NCBI GenBank assembly: GCA_013239625.1
Contig: MU056905.1
Location: 1,943,967-2,007,966 of the forward strand
Direction of reading: 5' to 3'
Source of the DNA: Lama guanicoe
Taxonomy: Eukaryota
Length of the DNA: 64,000 nucleotides
The translations under genes were made by a program, and so were the position numbers. The notes under the pieces are model-generated. The model did not search any database, had not been told where the DNA came from, and saw only the letters and a list, made by a program, of their open reading frames with translations. Positions 61,501 through 64,000 of the stretch are shown here, piece by piece (the first letter of the stretch is position 1; each line of letters starts with the position of its first letter).

Positions 61501-62261
61501 CCCCGGCCTTCCTGCATGACAGAAGCTGGGAGCAGGAAGAGCGGTACCTTCTGACTCTGATAGAGACCCATCCACAGATTCACTGCATAATCAGTTTTGA
61601 GCTTCCCCACTGGTCTCCTAAGATAAGCTGGCAAAACCTCCTCTGAGTCAAGCAATCAGGAAATTCTTTGAAAAAAGTTAAGAAAGTATTCTTAAGTTAA
61701 ATGACAGACTTGTCGGCTTACATGATGGTTGGGCATCACCTGTCCTTTGAGAGAAGCTGTTGCTACTCCTGTTTGTTCAAACAAAGAGAAGGCTCTGGGT
61801 TTCGGGGTCCTATGGGATCTGGGCTGTTTCTCCTGATGATGCTTGAGCAGCTCAGGAGTTGAGCACATGCCACTAAGACCACAGTTGATGGTGAGTGTTA
61901 AGAGGGAGGCATTTAAGCTAGTTGAGGCTGGGAGGCTGGAGAGGACTTCGGGTCACCCCTGACCTGGGACACGCACTAATCCTTCCTACCCCCATCCTCC
62001 ACAGCAGTCATCAGCAGCTCCACGGCTGGGACCGCGGGCGCAGGAGCCGGCTTTGGGAACAGCGGCGCCGGCGCCTATGGCTACTGGCCCAGCTCTGTCG
62101 GCGGGGGCTGTGGCATCCCACCTGCAGGCTGTGTCACTGGCAGTGGGAACTGCAGCCCCCGTGGGGAGGCCAGAAGCAGGCTGCTGAGTGCAAATGAATT
62201 TAAGGACCCACCAGGAAAGACCCCAGCTCTGAGCTCACCCACCAAGAAAACCACGAGATAG
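52479..62261 (+). CDS. KRT73: Keratin 73 (K6irs3), inner root sheath type II keratin (540 aa). join(52479..52925,54141..54355,55179..55239,55867..55962,56688..56852,59463..59588,59976..60196,61203..61237,62005..62261)
   Basis: [27 protein letters not shown] is the K71/K73 type. [28 protein letters not shown] and the tail [33 protein letters not shown] identify K73. Position after KRT2 fits synteny; 1623 nt in frame. Confidence 0.93.
53101..53280. mobile_element. Full-length MER5A-type hAT MITE in KRT73 intron 1
   Basis: Perfect terminal inverted repeats CAGTGGTTCTC..GAGAACCACTG; 180 bp; internal ttagaaatgcacattctcag..tactgaatca. Confidence 0.85.
54141..54355 (+). CDS. KRT73: KRT73 exon 2
   Basis: tccag|GTGCGG..AAGAG|gtgaa; 215 bp. 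Confidence 0.93.
55179..55239 (+). CDS. KRT73: KRT73 exon 3
   Basis: tgcag|GTATGAG..AAGAAG|gtgag; 61 bp. Confidence 0.93.
55867..55962 (+). CDS. KRT73: KRT73 exon 4
   Basis: cttag|GACGTG..GAGGGG|gtaagt; 96 bp. Confidence 0.93.
56688..56852 (+). CDS. KRT73: KRT73 exon 5
   Basis: tgcag|GAGATC..ACCAAG|gtggg; 165 bp. Confidence 0.93.
58518..58547. repeat. (CA)n microsatellite
   Basis: about 15 CA units. Confidence 0.9.
58670..59250. mobile_element. L2 LINE remnant in KRT73 intron 5
   Basis: attcattcattcatca..ctgagtaccagcc..ggaaggccttctggagga. Confidence 0.65.
59463..59588 (+). CDS. KRT73: KRT73 exon 6
   Basis: cctag|TTCCAG..AAGCAG|gtgag; 126 bp; [16 protein letters not shown]. Confidence 0.93.
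59976..60196 (+). CDS. KRT73: KRT73 exon 7
   Basis: ctcag|TGCTCC..TGCCG|gtggg; 221 bp; [11 protein letters not shown]. Confidence 0.93.
61203..61237 (+). CDS. KRT73: KRT73 exon 8
   Basis: tgcag|GATGTCT..ATCT|gtgagt; 35 bp. Confidence 0.92.
62005..62261 (+). CDS. KRT73: KRT73 exon 9 (tail, stop TAG)
   Basis: cacag|CAGTC..ACGAGATAG. Confidence 0.92.
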
Positions 62262-63589
62262 AGTGAAGCAGTCGTCTGGGCACCTTGCTCTGGTTTCTCC
62301 TGAACCCTCTTGTCCAGGAAATTCCTGTCATGCATGTTACCGTCATCTTGCTTTCCTTTGCCACTGACATTTCCTCTCTTTGCAACTCCCTGTCTTAATC
62401 TTTCTTCATCTAGAATCAGGATGCTGGCCCCTTCTTCTGCCTCCATCCCAAGGGACCTCTCTTAACCCAGCCTCCCCTTCCTGAAGCGTTGCCAAGGACA
62501 GAGAGCCGACTCTTTCTCTGGACGGCATGCCCCCTTGCCGAGGAAGGTTTTCTTTGAAGGGCAATCCCAGTTGCTCCGCTGCTCCTTCCATGCCCTGGCT
62601 TAGGTAGTTGTTGGGCCATGTGCCCCACAAGACTGCAGGTCCATGGATAGACCTGCAAGGACCGTCTCCTGTTAGAGCCACATCAGCTCTGGTTGTCACT
62701 GTACCTGGCCTGGTCCCCGCGGACTGTCCGGCTGGGAGTACCCCTGCCCGCTGGTCCCATCAACGAAGGGATTTGTGCTCAGTATGTGAGTTCTGGTCCA
62801 CGTTCAAGCTTCTCTTCCCTGCTTCCCCATCTCACCAAAAAATCCGTACAACTCATGCAGGCCCGGGCTGCTTCTCTCTTCAAAGGAATCCTTGTCTCAG
62901 ACCACACCTCTTCTGTATGTAGAGGTCAGCAGCTTGGAACACGGGGCTTTGAAGGTCCAGCGTCTTCCAGAGTCCCAAAGCATCTTTTGATCTGACTACA
63001 AGAGATCCTTGCATGGACAGCAGGCCCCACCATCACCAATACTGGATTTGGTGACACGCAGGATTCATCTCTGTCCCCCATTCCCAGCAGAAGCACCTTC
63101 TAGGTCGTGCTTTTCTCAGGTCAGTGCTCCAGTGAGTGGGCACCCTTAAGAACATTCAGATGACCAGCAGAGGGAGGGAGCCAACACCTGTCTTGTGGCA
63201 AGATTTAAAACTGCTCAAGAGGCAGCAGAAGGCCACTTCCAGAAAGCCTGGGACTCTGGTCATGGCTCTCCCTTGTTTCCTGGGGAAAGGCCAAGGGTAG
63301 ATTCTCTTTAAAGTAATGACCCATGTTCTCTTGGTCCTTGGTGACGTGTCACCGTGTTGAGAATGGATGGGATTGTCTGTGTACGTGTGTATGAGTCGTG
63401 TTTAAGCAGGGGGCCATCTCTGTTTCACACCACTCGGTTTCCAAAACACTCTGTGCTCAGAGATTTGCCATAGGTCCCCAGGCCATGAGGATGTTGTCAG
63501 GATGGGACAGGAGACAGACAAAGTGAGAGGCCAGCGCACATTCAGGCTGGGGTTCCCAGGTGCATCAGAGCAGGGTCACTGTGGGTCCA

Positions 63590-63790
63590 GAGAGAATCTG
63601 AGAGTTCAAGTCAATAGACTTGAATTCAGATTCAGTCCCTGTGACTAAGTGATGATCATGAGCGAAGCTCTCAATCTTTTTGACCCTCATTTGTTTTTCC
63701 AGCTATAAAATAAGCAGAATTACACCCCCGGGTTGTTTTGTGCAATTCCTGGTAAAAAGTTCATGCCTAATAAATGTTAGTGGAAATGGA
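63590..63790 (+). mobile_element. MIR SINE remnant
   Basis: agacttgaattcagattcag..ctataaaataag..gttgttttg..taataaatgttag. Confidence 0.55.
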
Positions 63791-64000
63791 ATCTTGTCTT
63801 CAGTCTTTTTGGTTCAAAAATGTAATTAGCTCACTGAAAGAGGTGTTTGGTTGCTGTTAAAGCAGTTCACAAAATCTAAACTTTAAAGAAACCATCTTAT
63901 AAATGATATGCAGTTTATTTATTGCCTAAAGGAGAACTGGCTGGCAGAATAACTAATCTCAAGGAGGACACTCTTGGGACCACTAAAAAAATTGTGATCC

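Noticed and set aside
1-64000. Prokaryotic systems (CRISPR arrays, operons, rRNA)
   Set aside because: The sequence is mammalian with spliceosomal introns; no repeat-spacer arrays or rRNA seen.

Overview
Eukaryotic (mammalian) genomic DNA from the type II keratin gene cluster. Four intron-containing keratin genes lie on the + strand in the conserved order KRT77 (exons 2-9; exon 1 is upstream of the window), KRT1, KRT2 and KRT73. All have the canonical type II exon sizes (215/61/96/165/126/221/35 bp for exons 2-8) and open frames. The end of KRT2 exon 7 is hidden by an N gap. tRNA-Ala-derived SINEs and the L1 tails suggest a camelid genome (inference). Introns and intergenic DNA carry MIR, L2, MER5-type and L1 remnants and three assembly gaps. 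The most notable unannotated item is an inverted keratin-head relic between KRT2 and KRT73 (about 48.3-49.1 kb, - strand). It keeps keratin-like promoter spacing, a Kozak ATG, a 77-aa ORF and a downstream AATAAA. Other observations: a GC-AG intron in KRT2, a locally degenerate KRT77 coil-1B end with a proline, a candidate intronic poly(A) site that would give tail-less K77, an exact 14-bp HOX13-type motif shared by the KRT1 and KRT2 upstream regions, and RBPJ/AP-1/GATA motif clusters. Gene names and repeat families were recognised by eye and from memory; no database search was run.
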